From contig DASZWM010000002.1 in the NCBI GenBank assembly GCA_035546615.1, positions 15,460 to 79,459 of the forward strand: a stretch of DNA of 64,000 nt, read 5' to 3'. This document shows positions 18,541 to 26,477 of this stretch, one piece after another (positions within the stretch are counted from its first letter, which is position 1; each line of letters starts with the position of its first letter). The notes below the pieces were generated by a model. It worked only from the letters and a program-made list of their open reading frames with translations, did no database searches and was not told the origin of the DNA. Source of the stretch: Minisyncoccota bacterium. Lineage in GTDB: Bacteria > Patescibacteriota > Minisyncoccia > Phycocordibacterales > SBAW01. Both the position numbers and the translations under genes were made by a program.

Positions 18541-19842
18541 ATGTCCACGTTCCAAATCGTCGTCCTCGGCATCTTTTCTTCGCTTATCCTTATAGGCGTC
18601 GGCGTGTTCGCCGCCTTTGGCGGCGTGCTGGGCGGCGCGGCCATCGGCCCGGTTACTATTTGGGGCACGCTTGATAGGAACACGATGGACGGTCTTATAG
18701 AGGCCCTGCGCGCGGAGGACAAGGGCTTTGAAACCGTTACCTATGTGCAGAAAAGCGAAGCCGCGTACGAGGGCGACCTGGTAAACGCCATGGCATCCGG
18801 CTCCGGCCCCGATCTGTTCCTCCTTTCGGGCGACGAGGTGCTCCCGTTTTCCGACAAGATACTCACCATTCCGTACGGCTCCATTTCGCAGGGAAGCTAC
18901 TTAGCTTCGTACGTGGACGAGGCGCAGCTATTTTTGACGCCGCAGGGCGTGCAGGCGCTGCCCTTCACGCTCGACCCCCTCGTGATGTACTGGAATCGCG
19001 ACCTTTTCGCCTCCGCCGGCATCGCGTCGCCGCCGAGCGTCTGGAGCGAGTTTTTGACGCTGGCGCCCAAGATAACCTCGCTCGATACCCGGTCCACCGT
19101 GCAGAAAAGCGCGGTGGCACTCGGCGAATGGCGCAACATTCCGCACGCCAAGGATATTCTTGCCGCCCTGTTCATGCAGGTGGGGGACACTATCGTCGCC
19201 CGCGACGGTGCCGGAGCGCCTACGGTTACGTTCGGCTCGGAGCCCGAAGGCTCGGCCGGCAATCCGGCGGAGTCGGCCCTGCGCTTCTATACCGAGTTCG
19301 CAAATCCTTCAAAGACCAGCTACTCGTGGAACCGGGCGCTGCCTCCGGCGGCTGACGCGTTCGTGTCGGGCGACGTGGGCGTCTACTTTGGCTTCGCAAG
19401 CGAGTATACGGAAATTAGCCAGCGCAACCCTAACTTGCGGTTCGGCGTCGCGCTTCTGCCGCAGATAGACCAGGGCGGAAGCCGGGTCACCTACGGCGAC
19501 ATCACCGGCATCGCTATAGCGCGCACGGCAGCGAACGTTAAAGGCGCGCTTACGGTAGCGCAGATACTCTCGGGCAAAACATCGGTCGGCATTATCTCCG
19601 GAGCGCTCTCCTTGCCGCCCGTTCGGCGCGATGTCGCGGTGGATACCGCATCCAGCGCCACAGCGGGCGTCTTCGTGCAGTCGGGGCTTATCGCGCGCGG
19701 CTGGCTTGATCCGTCCCCGAAAGGAAGCGATACCGTGTTCCAGACCATGATAGAATCCGTGGTGAGCGGCAAGGAGGCGCCCGCCACTGCGGTAAGCGAA
19801 GGCAAGGGGGCGCTCAGCGAGCTGCTGCCGTCGACCAGATAA
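18541..19842 (+). CDS. extracellular solute-binding protein (family 1 SBP-like), N-terminal TM anchor
   Basis: GPDLFLLSGDEV, LPFTLDPLVMYWNRDLFASAGIASPPSVWSEF. No permease or ATPase gene adjacent. Confidence 0.7.
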   Translation: MSTFQIVVLGIFSSLILIGVGVFAAFGGVLGGAAIGPVTIWGTLDRNTMDGLIEALRAEDKGFETVTYVQKSEAAYEGDLVNAMASGSGPDLFLLSGDEVLPFSDKILTIPYGSISQGSYLASYVDEAQLFLTPQGVQALPFTLDPLVMYWNRDLFASAGIASPPSVWSEFLTLAPKITSLDTRSTVQKSAVALGEWRNIPHAKDILAALFMQVGDTIVARDGAGAPTVTFGSEPEGSAGNPAESALRFYTEFANPSKTSYSWNRALPPAADAFVSGDVGVYFGFASEYTEISQRNPNLRFGVALLPQIDQGGSRVTYGDITGIAIARTAANVKGALTVAQILSGKTSVGIISGALSLPPVRRDVAVDTASSATAGVFVQSGLIARGWLDPSPKGSDTVFQTMIESVVSGKEAPATAVSEGKGALSELLPSTR

Positions 19843-19845
19843 GCG

Positions 19846-20328
19846 ATGAAACTATTTTTCTTCAAGCATAAGGAAGTCATGCGCGTGCTATTTACGGTGA
19901 CAATATTCTTATTGCCAATCATAGCTCTTGGGGCAACTTCTTCGGGCGGCAATACGTTGCCCACGTCCTCCGGCGGCAACACCTTGCCGACCTCCTATGG
20001 CGGCAATACGGCAAATTCAGGCGACAACTGCGACCCCAGGGTCCAGGTATGCAACCCGCTCCAGTTCCATAGCATCTGCGGCCTGGTGACCGGCGTGTTG
20101 GATGCCATCATGGTAATCGGCATTCCGATAGCTATAATGTTCGTCGTATGGGCCGGATTTAAATTCGTCGTAGCGCAAGGCAATCCGGAATCCATTTCAC
20201 AGGCTAAAACCAATTTTCTGCATGTCATCATCGGCATCGCCATATTCGTGGGTGCTTCGCTAATCGCGCATGTCATCATGCAAACGATCGAAAATCTCGG
20301 AGTGACCGGCATTAGTTCCTGCCAATAA
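19846..20328 (+). CDS. VirB2/TrbC-like (T4SS-type) pilin family protein 1
   Basis: Signal/TM segment, Cys pair, then two hydrophobic helices around AQGNPESISQAKTN. Carries the SSGGNTLPT tandem repeat. Confidence 0.65.
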   Translation: MKLFFFKHKEVMRVLFTVTIFLLPIIALGATSSGGNTLPTSSGGNTLPTSYGGNTANSGDNCDPRVQVCNPLQFHSICGLVTGVLDAIMVIGIPIAIMFVVWAGFKFVVAQGNPESISQAKTNFLHVIIGIAIFVGASLIAHVIMQTIENLGVTGISSCQ

Positions 20329-20329
20329 T

Positions 20330-20686
20330 ATGCCGCTCACCGCCGCCGCTACGCTTTCAAACCAATCGTCGCTCAAAGATGTCGCATTATTCGCGGTGGA
20401 GATTCTCAACTCCCTGGTTCCGGTCCTCCTGGTGCTTATCCTCGTGCTCTTTCTCTGGATAGGGGTGCAGTATATCTACCGGGCCGACGGTGAGAACAAG
20501 GCCTCTACCCGGGAAGCGATTCTCTGGGGGCTTATAGCGCTATTTGTCGCCTTCTCAGTGTGGGGAATAGTGCGCCTGGCTTGCAGCACGCTTCTTGGCA
20601 CCAGCGAATGCAGTTCAGGCAGCAGCGGTGGAGGGGGAAATGCAAACCAGGCGCCGCTCAATATCATTCCCGAATCGGCCCGCTAA
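20330..20686 (+). CDS. VirB2/TrbC-like pilin family protein 2
   Basis: LVPVLLVLILVLFLWIGVQYIY...REAILWGLIALFVAFSVWGIVRL, a two-helix pilin layout. Confidence 0.6.
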   Translation: MPLTAAATLSNQSSLKDVALFAVEILNSLVPVLLVLILVLFLWIGVQYIYRADGENKASTREAILWGLIALFVAFSVWGIVRLACSTLLGTSECSSGSSGGGGNANQAPLNIIPESAR

Positions 20687-20765
20687 GCTAAAAACTATCC
20701 ACACGGCCGCCTTGTGCCGGAGCGCCCCGCGGCATACAGTTAAGCCATACCCATTTAATACTCGT

Positions 20766-21113
20766 ATGAAAAAAACAGCACTTATCTCATCTCTTTTGTT
20801 CGCCTTGCCGGCGTTCGCCTTCGCTCAGGTGCAGGGTAACAACCTCCAGGGGCTTATCGCATGGCTGGGCGATACGCTCAATATGCTCATTCCGGTCCTT
20901 ATCGCGCTCGCGCTCGTGGCATTCTTCTGGGGATTGGTCCGCTACGTTTGGGGTGCAGGCGGCGAAGGCGCAGCTGACGGCAAGAGCATCATGATAGCAG
21001 GGCTCCTTGGCCTTTTCATCATGGTGTCCGTCTGGGGCATCATCAAGCTCGCGCAGAATACCCTTGGCGTTAACAACAGCAACGCTCCTCAATATCCGCA
21101 GGTTCCGCGCTAA
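20766..21113 (+). CDS. VirB2/TrbC-like pilin family protein 3
   Basis: Signal peptide MKKTALISSLLFALPAFAFA, then LIPVLIALALVAFFWGLVRYVWG...IMIAGLLGLFIMVSVWGIIKL. Start is the internal ATG of ORF 20595..21113. Confidence 0.65.
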   Translation: MKKTALISSLLFALPAFAFAQVQGNNLQGLIAWLGDTLNMLIPVLIALALVAFFWGLVRYVWGAGGEGAADGKSIMIAGLLGLFIMVSVWGIIKLAQNTLGVNNSNAPQYPQVPR

Positions 21114-21119
21114 CCGGGT

Positions 21120-21419
21120 ATGAACAACGCGGCGGCGGTTACCGTGTCGGGCCAGTGCATAGACAGCGCGCGGCTCTTTGCGGGCTGCCTGGCTGACCTC
21201 ATCATCAATCCAATACTGCTGCTCATATTCGTAGCGGGGCTCGTCGTATTCATTTACGGCATTGTCGAGTTCGTCTGGGGCCTTTCCGCGAACGGCGAGG
21301 AAAAGGAGAAAGGGAAGCAGCACATGCTCTACGGCCTTATCGGCATGTTCATCATGGCGGCGGCCTTCAGCATCATAAAAATAATTGCCAACACGATCGG
21401 CGTCTCGGTGCCGCACTAG
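21120..21419 (+). CDS. VirB2/TrbC-like pilin family protein 4
   Basis: INPILLLIFVAGLVVFIYGIVEFVWG...HMLYGLIGMFIMAAAFSIIKII. Confidence 0.6.
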   Translation: MNNAAAVTVSGQCIDSARLFAGCLADLIINPILLLIFVAGLVVFIYGIVEFVWGLSANGEEKEKGKQHMLYGLIGMFIMAAAFSIIKIIANTIGVSVPH

Positions 21420-21436
21420 CTTTTAGAAATAGAAAA

Positions 21437-21462
21437 GGCGCGGGAAAGAAATTTCCCGCGCC
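21437..21462. terminator. hairpin terminator between the pilin array and the convergent SPFH operon
   Basis: GGCGCGGGA aagaaatt TCCCGCGCC. On the minus strand it is followed by TTTTCTATTTCT. Confidence 0.65.
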
Positions 21463-21480
21463 CTCAGTGTTGTTGACCTC

Positions 21481-22302
21481 CTAGTTGTACCGGGGAGGCG
21501 AGAGTGCGACCCCCAGTATGAAGGGAGTGTCGGCGCTCCATGCCCACTCGGCGTCGTTTGGGAGACTTCCTCCACACACCTCGTAAGGGGTGGTATCTCC
21601 CGTCCATGCGGCACGCTGGACGATAATGCAGTGCCCGTCGTGCCACAGGTCCGGCGCGCACATGCCGCCGGGATTGAAGTTAGTGGGCGTTTCAGTATCC
21701 AGCGCGTAGCTTGTCTTCGAGGAACATGAATCCTGCGGACCCACGCTTCCGACAGCTACCTGCTCCGGCGCGCCACTGCCGCTCATGAGCGAAGCCAGCA
21801 TCGGAATTGCGAAGAACCCGAGCAGGATGGTGAGGAAGACAGCGAATACCCGCCGCCCTCCTTTGCTGGTAAGTACCAGCACCGCCGTAGCCAACATGCC
21901 TGCAACGAGCAGACCTGTGAGCAATTGCGTTGTGAAGAACTTCGCTGCTGCCGTGCCTGTATTTCCTACGCTCGCCCAGATCGAAGCCTGGAATGAAGCA
22001 AGGAAGGCAAGCGGAGCGAGCAGCGCGGTGGCAAGCACAATCAGAGTGATCGCCACTGCCACCCAAAGCCACCGAGGCAAGGCATACCACCGGGGACCGG
22101 TATGGGTCGCGGGTTCTTCGTGCCCGTGGCCACCACCCGCCGCAGGAGCGGCGGGTGCAGCTGCAGGCGTATGTACTGCCGGGGGAAGAGTCGCTCTCCC
22201 GGCAGGTGTTCTTGTTCTGCGCCCCCTGCTGAGCATGGCTGCGGAAAATATGATCGCAACGATACCAGCAGAGGCGACAGCGATAATCCAACCCTGAAGC
22301 AT
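21481..22302 (-). CDS. multi-pass membrane protein with Pro/Ala-rich linker and Cys-containing C-terminal domain
   Basis: About 5 hydrophobic helices. The C-terminal ~90 aa contain 5 Cys residues. The start overlaps the stop of the upstream SPFH-like gene by 1 nt. Confidence 0.6.
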   Translation of the reverse strand: MLQGWIIAVASAGIVAIIFSAAMLSRGRRTRTPAGRATLPPAVHTPAAAPAAPAAGGGHGHEEPATHTGPRWYALPRWLWVAVAITLIVLATALLAPLAFLASFQASIWASVGNTGTAAAKFFTTQLLTGLLVAGMLATAVLVLTSKGGRRVFAVFLTILLGFFAIPMLASLMSGSGAPEQVAVGSVGPQDSCSSKTSYALDTETPTNFNPGGMCAPDLWHDGHCIIVQRAAWTGDTTPYEVCGGSLPNDAEWAWSADTPFILGVALSPPRYN

Positions 22303-23576
22303 TACGTTTCAGCTCCTTCTCTAAGTCTACGGACCTCGCGTATGAGAGCAGCCTGTCCTGGGTCGATTTGAGCTCCACCCAGGATTACGATGCCGCCGTT
22401 CCTTCCGGCCGCTTCGGCCGCGCGAACCGTACCTTCGATCTGGGGAATGACAGTGGCGTCGGGGTATTCCTTGAGCGCTGCGCCGGTTTCCCGTATCAGT
22501 GCCGCCTGCCCCTTCGCCCGTTCGATTTGGGCATCCTTGTCCACCCGGGCTATCGCGAGGTCGCCAAGGCGAGCTCCGATAGCCGGATTTGTCGGAGTAA
22601 TGTCCCGGATTTGCACCCGGACGTTCATTACGCCGAAGTCCAGCGTCGTACCGTCGGTGGTTTTTGCATCCACCGCCGGAGCCGGCTTTCCCGTGCGGGC
22701 GATGGCGTCTGCCAATTCCCGCGCCTCGTCTTCGTCCTGTGCTGATAGTACCGCGTTTAGGGAGTGCGACCTCGTGAACGCGGTTACAGCATCGGAAGTA
22801 GTAGTTAGCAGGCGGCGAGTCCAGTCATCATCCGTGTTATAGGCCGTATCGTACGGGTTGGTAACCCGCTCGATAAGGTCGACATGGATACTCACGGGAA
22901 TCTTGTCCTGCGTGTCCGCCTTGGGGATGATGATGGGATAGAGGAAGTCAGCGACACGATAGTGGTCGCTATAGTCCTCGACCCGTACGAAGTCAACTTC
23001 CCCGTCCGGTCGGGTAATTTCCTTGAAGCGTTCGACCGGATACACGCGGATGTTCTGGAAGGGCGGGATGCCGGTGAATATGGCACCCGTGATCCAGTAG
23101 GTCCAACGCTTCCATGCCCACCAGAGAACGCTGATAGGCGAGTAGAGCAGCCAGACGAAAAAGAACCACCCGCGTTTTCTTCCCGGAAAGGGTATAGGAT
23201 GAGAGTCGGTATAGCCGCCCTCGCCCGGCAGATTCGTTTCCTCCACCTTCCAATAGGCGTTATCACGCCGATGGAGGGGGTTATCTTTCTCGCCTTTGAA
23301 CTTATGCCCTTCGAATGCCATGATGGCATCGACGAACCGCTGCCCGCGCTCCTTGATCTTCACCCGGCCTGGTTGCAGGTAGGTGAAAAAGCCGGCACGC
23401 GACGGCGGGTAATTCAGCTCATTGTTCCAGTCGTCCGGACGATATTCGTTCGGGTCGTTGGTGAGCCGATCGACGGCATGCGGTATAAGCGGCAGAAGAA
23501 AGAGCACGGCAAAGATACCTGCTCCCGCCCATGCCACCCAACCAAGTACCGTTACGAGCGTGAACAGAATTTCCAT
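22302..23576 (-). CDS. SPFH/band-7-like membrane protein
   Basis: N-terminal TM helix. ADTQDKIPVSIHVDLIERVTNPYDTAYN, FGVMNVRVQIRDITP and a C-terminal Ala/Glu-rich helix resemble the SPFH domain plus coiled coil. Confidence 0.55.
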   Translation of the reverse strand: MEILFTLVTVLGWVAWAGAGIFAVLFLLPLIPHAVDRLTNDPNEYRPDDWNNELNYPPSRAGFFTYLQPGRVKIKERGQRFVDAIMAFEGHKFKGEKDNPLHRRDNAYWKVEETNLPGEGGYTDSHPIPFPGRKRGWFFFVWLLYSPISVLWWAWKRWTYWITGAIFTGIPPFQNIRVYPVERFKEITRPDGEVDFVRVEDYSDHYRVADFLYPIIIPKADTQDKIPVSIHVDLIERVTNPYDTAYNTDDDWTRRLLTTTSDAVTAFTRSHSLNAVLSAQDEDEARELADAIARTGKPAPAVDAKTTDGTTLDFGVMNVRVQIRDITPTNPAIGARLGDLAIARVDKDAQIERAKGQAALIRETGAALKEYPDATVIPQIEGTVRAAEAAGRNGGIVILGGAQIDPGQAALIREVRRLREGAET

Positions 23577-23651
23577 CTAGGTTACTCCTATTGAATTTTC
23601 AAGCATCTATTGCGAATAGCAGCCCAAAGGCAGCTACACGCTTCACCTACT

Positions 23652-23681
23652 ATTATATCATACTTAGTACCACTTTGTCAA
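23652..23681 (-). promoter_or_regulatory. near-consensus sigma70 promoter for the SPFH operon
   Basis: On the minus strand, TTGACA-N18-TATAAT. AGGAG RBS lies 8 nt before the ATG at 23576. Confidence 0.5.
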
Positions 23682-23736
23682 GCTACAAAAGCCTTGGAAT
23701 ATAAGGCCAAATCGAACGTTTTCCTACTGCTTTTTG

Positions 23737-23820
23737 TGCCGGGGGTGGGAATCGAACCCACACGAACTCGCGTTCTCAGGATTTTAAGTCCTGTATGTCT
23801 ACCAATTCCATCACCCCGGC
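23737..23820 (-). tRNA. tRNA-Leu (anticodon TAA)
   Basis: Hand-folded cloverleaf: acceptor GCCGGGG/CCCCGGC, anticodon loop CTTAAAA, long variable arm, T arm GTGGG TTCGATT CCCAC. Confidence 0.9.
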
Positions 23821-23873
23821 GTTTCATATTTTTACCACGAATTTATGCTCTGTATATGATACAGTGTCAGCAC

Positions 23874-23955
23874 GCTGGGGTGGCGGAATTGGTATACGCA
23901 CCTGCCTTAGGAGCAGACGGGGTAACCCATGGAGGTTCAAGTCCTCTCCCCAGCA
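23874..23955 (+). tRNA. tRNA-Leu (anticodon TAG)
   Basis: Acceptor GCTGGGG/CCCCAGC, anticodon loop CTTAGGA, long variable arm, T arm GGAGG TTCAAGT CCTCT. Confidence 0.88.
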
Positions 23956-24075
23956 CATTGTAAGAGATAAGTTTTTGTTGTATTTTGATTCATACGCGCC
24001 TATATCTTCCCCAGGTCGATATAGCCGTTCGTTCGGGGCGAATGCAAAACAGGATTTTGCGCTCTTCCTCACTTC

Positions 24076-24148
24076 GCGCCTATAGCTCAGCTGGTAGAGC
24101 TGCTCCCTCTTAAGGAGAAGGTCCCAGGTTCGAATCCTGGTGGGCGCA
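24076..24148 (+). tRNA. tRNA-Lys (anticodon CTT)
   Basis: GCGCCTA TAGCTCAGCTGGTAGAGC, anticodon loop CTCTTAA, T arm CCCAG GTTCGAAT CCTGG. Confidence 0.92.
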
Positions 24149-24159
24149 CAGACGACAGT

Positions 24160-24184
24160 AAAATCCCGCTTGAGCGGGATTTTC
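24160..24184 (+). terminator. rho-independent terminator after tRNA-Lys
   Basis: AAAATCCCGC ttga GCGGGATTTT. Confidence 0.7.
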
Positions 24185-24278
24185 TGCGCTGTGCGGGGCG
24201 CAGCCATGTCCCGCACTGGCGGGACGGCGAGCCGGGGTCGCGAAACTATTTCGCGACGGCGAAATAGTATTTGTGACC
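24184..24278 (+). repeat. tRNA-linked structured element, copy D (short form, 3' of tRNA-Lys)
   Basis: CTGCGC tgtgcggg GCGCAG; CCCGC actg GCGGG; ACGGCGAGCCGGGGTCGCG; ACTATTTCGC gacg GCGAAATAGT; ATTTGTGACC. Shares the core, GACG-loop hairpin and tail with copy E. Confidence 0.55.
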
Positions 24279-24301
24279 ACAAAGTGCGAGACGCTTTTTT
24301 G

Positions 24302-24447
24302 AGGCCAGGAGAAATCGATCAGGCGTTCAAAAATTGTCGTCACAATTTTTGCCGCACGACCCTGCCTCGCTCCCAAGTCTGCTGACTTGGGGCCCGCTCC
24401 GGCTTGCGATTCCCGACGAGAAGCACCCCGTGCTTCTCTCCATGGCC
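24302..24447 (-). repeat. tRNA-linked structured element, copy A (long form, 3' of tRNA-Cys)
   Basis: Three perfect hairpins plus the conserved core GCCGGAGCGGG..GGGAGCGAGGCAGGGTCGTG shared with copies B and C. The arms derive from the tRNA-Cys 3' end. Confidence 0.8.
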
Positions 24448-24469
24448 GCTTGCGTCGAAGACTCCTTAG

Positions 24470-24541
24470 AGGCCACGGCGGGAATCGCACCCGCGTATAA
24501 AGGATTTGCAGTCCCTTGCCTTACTACTTGGCTACGTGGCC
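24470..24541 (-). tRNA. tRNA-Cys (anticodon GCA)
   Basis: GGCCACG/CGTGGCC acceptor, anticodon loop CTGCAAA, T arm GCGGG TGCGATT CCCGC, discriminator U. Confidence 0.9.
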
Positions 24542-24593
24542 ATTGCCTAGCGGCAGGCACGTGCCCGCACGCGTAGGTGTAATTACAATACCG

Positions 24594-24911
24594 TTACTGC
24601 GAGAGTTCGTCGAGGCGCTGCCGGTTCTTTTCGCCCATATCTATTTCGAATACGATGTCCGGCGGAAGCGCACCCTTGATGCGCGTCTTGAAGAAATCCT
24701 TCATCTCGGTGCGATTGCGATTGGCGAATGACAACGCGTTCTCCTCCGCAGTCTCAGGCAGTACGGTCATATAAATAGTCGCGTGCTTGTTGTCTTCGGT
24801 TAACATGGCGCGGGTAATGGTGATGAGCGAGCCGCGGCCCGCTTCGCGCACCATGAATTCCGCCGCGACATCGCGCAGTCCTGCCTCAAGCCGTTCGTGT
24901 CGGTTGTCCAT
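24594..24911 (-). CDS. rbfA: ribosome-binding factor A
   Basis: 105 aa. LITITRAMLTEDNKHATIYMTVL..., downstream of infB as in most bacteria. Confidence 0.8.
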   Translation of the reverse strand: MDNRHERLEAGLRDVAAEFMVREAGRGSLITITRAMLTEDNKHATIYMTVLPETAEENALSFANRNRTEMKDFFKTRIKGALPPDIVFEIDMGEKNRQRLDELSQ

Positions 24912-24922
24912 ACGTTTCTATA

Positions 24923-26443
24923 CTATTTGTATACGATCGTAAACGCCTGGAGAATATCACCGGCAGCCGGTTCGGCCTGCGTTTTTATCTGCGCGCCGAA
25001 TTCGTTTCCGGCCTCTACCTTTTTAGTAGGCGCCTTCTGCGTCTGGAGGCTTACGACCGTGCCGCGCCCGAGCTCCATGTCGCGGCGCATGATCTTCACT
25101 TCCTCGCCCTGTATCAATTCGCCCTCCTCGACGCGGCCGCCGAGTATCACTTTGCCTTTGGCCGTGCTGAATACCTTGAGCACTTTGGCGGTGCCGGTGG
25201 CTTCCTCAGCACGCTCCTGCGGCACACGCTTCCGGATTTCCTCCCCAAGCCATTCGGATAATTTGTAGATGATGTCAAAGAGGCCTATCGAGACGCCAAG
25301 GCGGTCGGCCAAATCGCGCGCGACGCCTTCGGCCTTCACGTTGAAGCCGACCACAAGGCCCGGCGGCGTGCCGGAGCCCGCGAGCTTCACGTCCGATTCC
25401 GATATGGGGCCCACCGCCTTCGAGACGATGCGCACTTCGAGGCGCTCGTCTTGCGGCAATTTCTCAAGCTCGTGCATGACCGCGTCGGCGGTGCCGGCTA
25501 CGTCGGTTTTGATGACGAGCGGGAGTATGATGTGCGTCTTTTCCTCCTCGCCCTCGACGGTCTGCTGCTGGGCGGCGCGCGCAGGAGGCGCTTTGACCGG
25601 CGTCACGGCCGCCTCTTCCGCCTCTTTCTTCGATTTCACCGCGCGCCACTTGGCGCCCACTGCCGGAAGTATTGAAAAGCCCACGATGCCGATGGCGCTC
25701 CCGGCCGAAGCTTCCTTGATAGGCTTGCCGAGGAAATTTTCCATGATGCGCACGGGCGCGGTCGCGGCTCCGGAGACGATATGCTCGCCGCTGTGGATAG
25801 TGCCGTTTTGCACAATAAGTGTAGCGGTATTGCCGCGGCGGTTGTCGACATGCGCTTCTATGACAAGCCCTTCGGCTGCGGCGTTCGGATCAGCAGTGAT
25901 TCCTTCAAGCTCGCCGGCAAGCAAAATAAGGTCGAGCAGTTCAGGAATGCCTTCGCCGGTTTTGCCGGACACGGGGATGTAGGGGACGCTGCCGCCCAGG
26001 CCCTCGAGATATATATTGTGTTCAAGCAGAGACATCTTCGCTTTCTCGACATTGGCGCCTGGCTTGTCGACTTTCGTGAGCGCTACAACGTACGGGATCT
26101 TCGTCTCCTCGATAAGTTTCAGCGCTTCGACCGTCTGCGGTTTGACGCCTTCTTCGGCGGATACAACGAGTATCGCGACGTCGGCGACTTCGAGACCGCG
26201 CGAGCGCATCGCCTTGAACGCCTCGTGGCCCGGCGTGTCGAGGAAGGTAATGCGGTGTTCGCCGGTCGCATTTTTGTGGACGGCTTCGTAGGCCGAAAGA
26301 TGCTGGGTGATGCCGCCCGCTTCGCCGGCCACGACGTTGGTTTTGCGGATATAGTCAAGAAGCGTCGACTTGCCGTGGTCGATGTGTCCTACAATAGCAA
26401 CGATAGGGGGCCGCGCCCCCGCTGTGGGCTTCTGTTCAGGCAT
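24923..26443 (-). CDS. infB: translation initiation factor IF-2 (short form lacking the long N-terminal region)
   Basis: PPIVAIVGHIDHGKSTLLD, DTPGHEAF and TKVDK GTPase motifs, plus C-terminal IF-2 domains. Confidence 0.95.
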   Translation of the reverse strand: MPEQKPTAGARPPIVAIVGHIDHGKSTLLDYIRKTNVVAGEAGGITQHLSAYEAVHKNATGEHRITFLDTPGHEAFKAMRSRGLEVADVAILVVSAEEGVKPQTVEALKLIEETKIPYVVALTKVDKPGANVEKAKMSLLEHNIYLEGLGGSVPYIPVSGKTGEGIPELLDLILLAGELEGITADPNAAAEGLVIEAHVDNRRGNTATLIVQNGTIHSGEHIVSGAATAPVRIMENFLGKPIKEASAGSAIGIVGFSILPAVGAKWRAVKSKKEAEEAAVTPVKAPPARAAQQQTVEGEEEKTHIILPLVIKTDVAGTADAVMHELEKLPQDERLEVRIVSKAVGPISESDVKLAGSGTPPGLVVGFNVKAEGVARDLADRLGVSIGLFDIIYKLSEWLGEEIRKRVPQERAEEATGTAKVLKVFSTAKGKVILGGRVEEGELIQGEEVKIMRRDMELGRGTVVSLQTQKAPTKKVEAGNEFGAQIKTQAEPAAGDILQAFTIVYK

Positions 26444-26477
26444 ACTCAGAGGCAGTATATAGTAGATTAGACAAAGT

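Noticed and set aside
23996-24030. Between tRNA-Leu(TAG) and tRNA-Lys, GCGCCTATA copies the tRNA-Lys 5' end. It is followed by TCTTCCCCAGG, which resembles the tRNA-Leu(TAG) 3' end, and forms a 9-bp hairpin (GCCTATATC...GATATAGCC). This could be a seventh degenerate element.
   Set aside because: There is no conserved core, no GACG-loop hairpin and no clear arm pair. The matches are short enough to be chance or an old duplication remnant. It is recorded here but not called.
24184-24447. The repeated hairpin-containing units were considered as a possible CRISPR array.
   Set aside because: The copies are tens of kb apart and not regularly spaced. Their orientation follows the adjacent tRNA, there are no unique spacers between identical repeats, and no cas genes are present.
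23824-24490. ORFs 23824..24282(-), 24110..24490(-), 23795..24085(+) and 24334..24576(+) in the tRNA cluster.
   Set aside because: They run straight through hand-folded tRNA genes, terminator hairpins and the structured repeats, so a coding interpretation is not credible.
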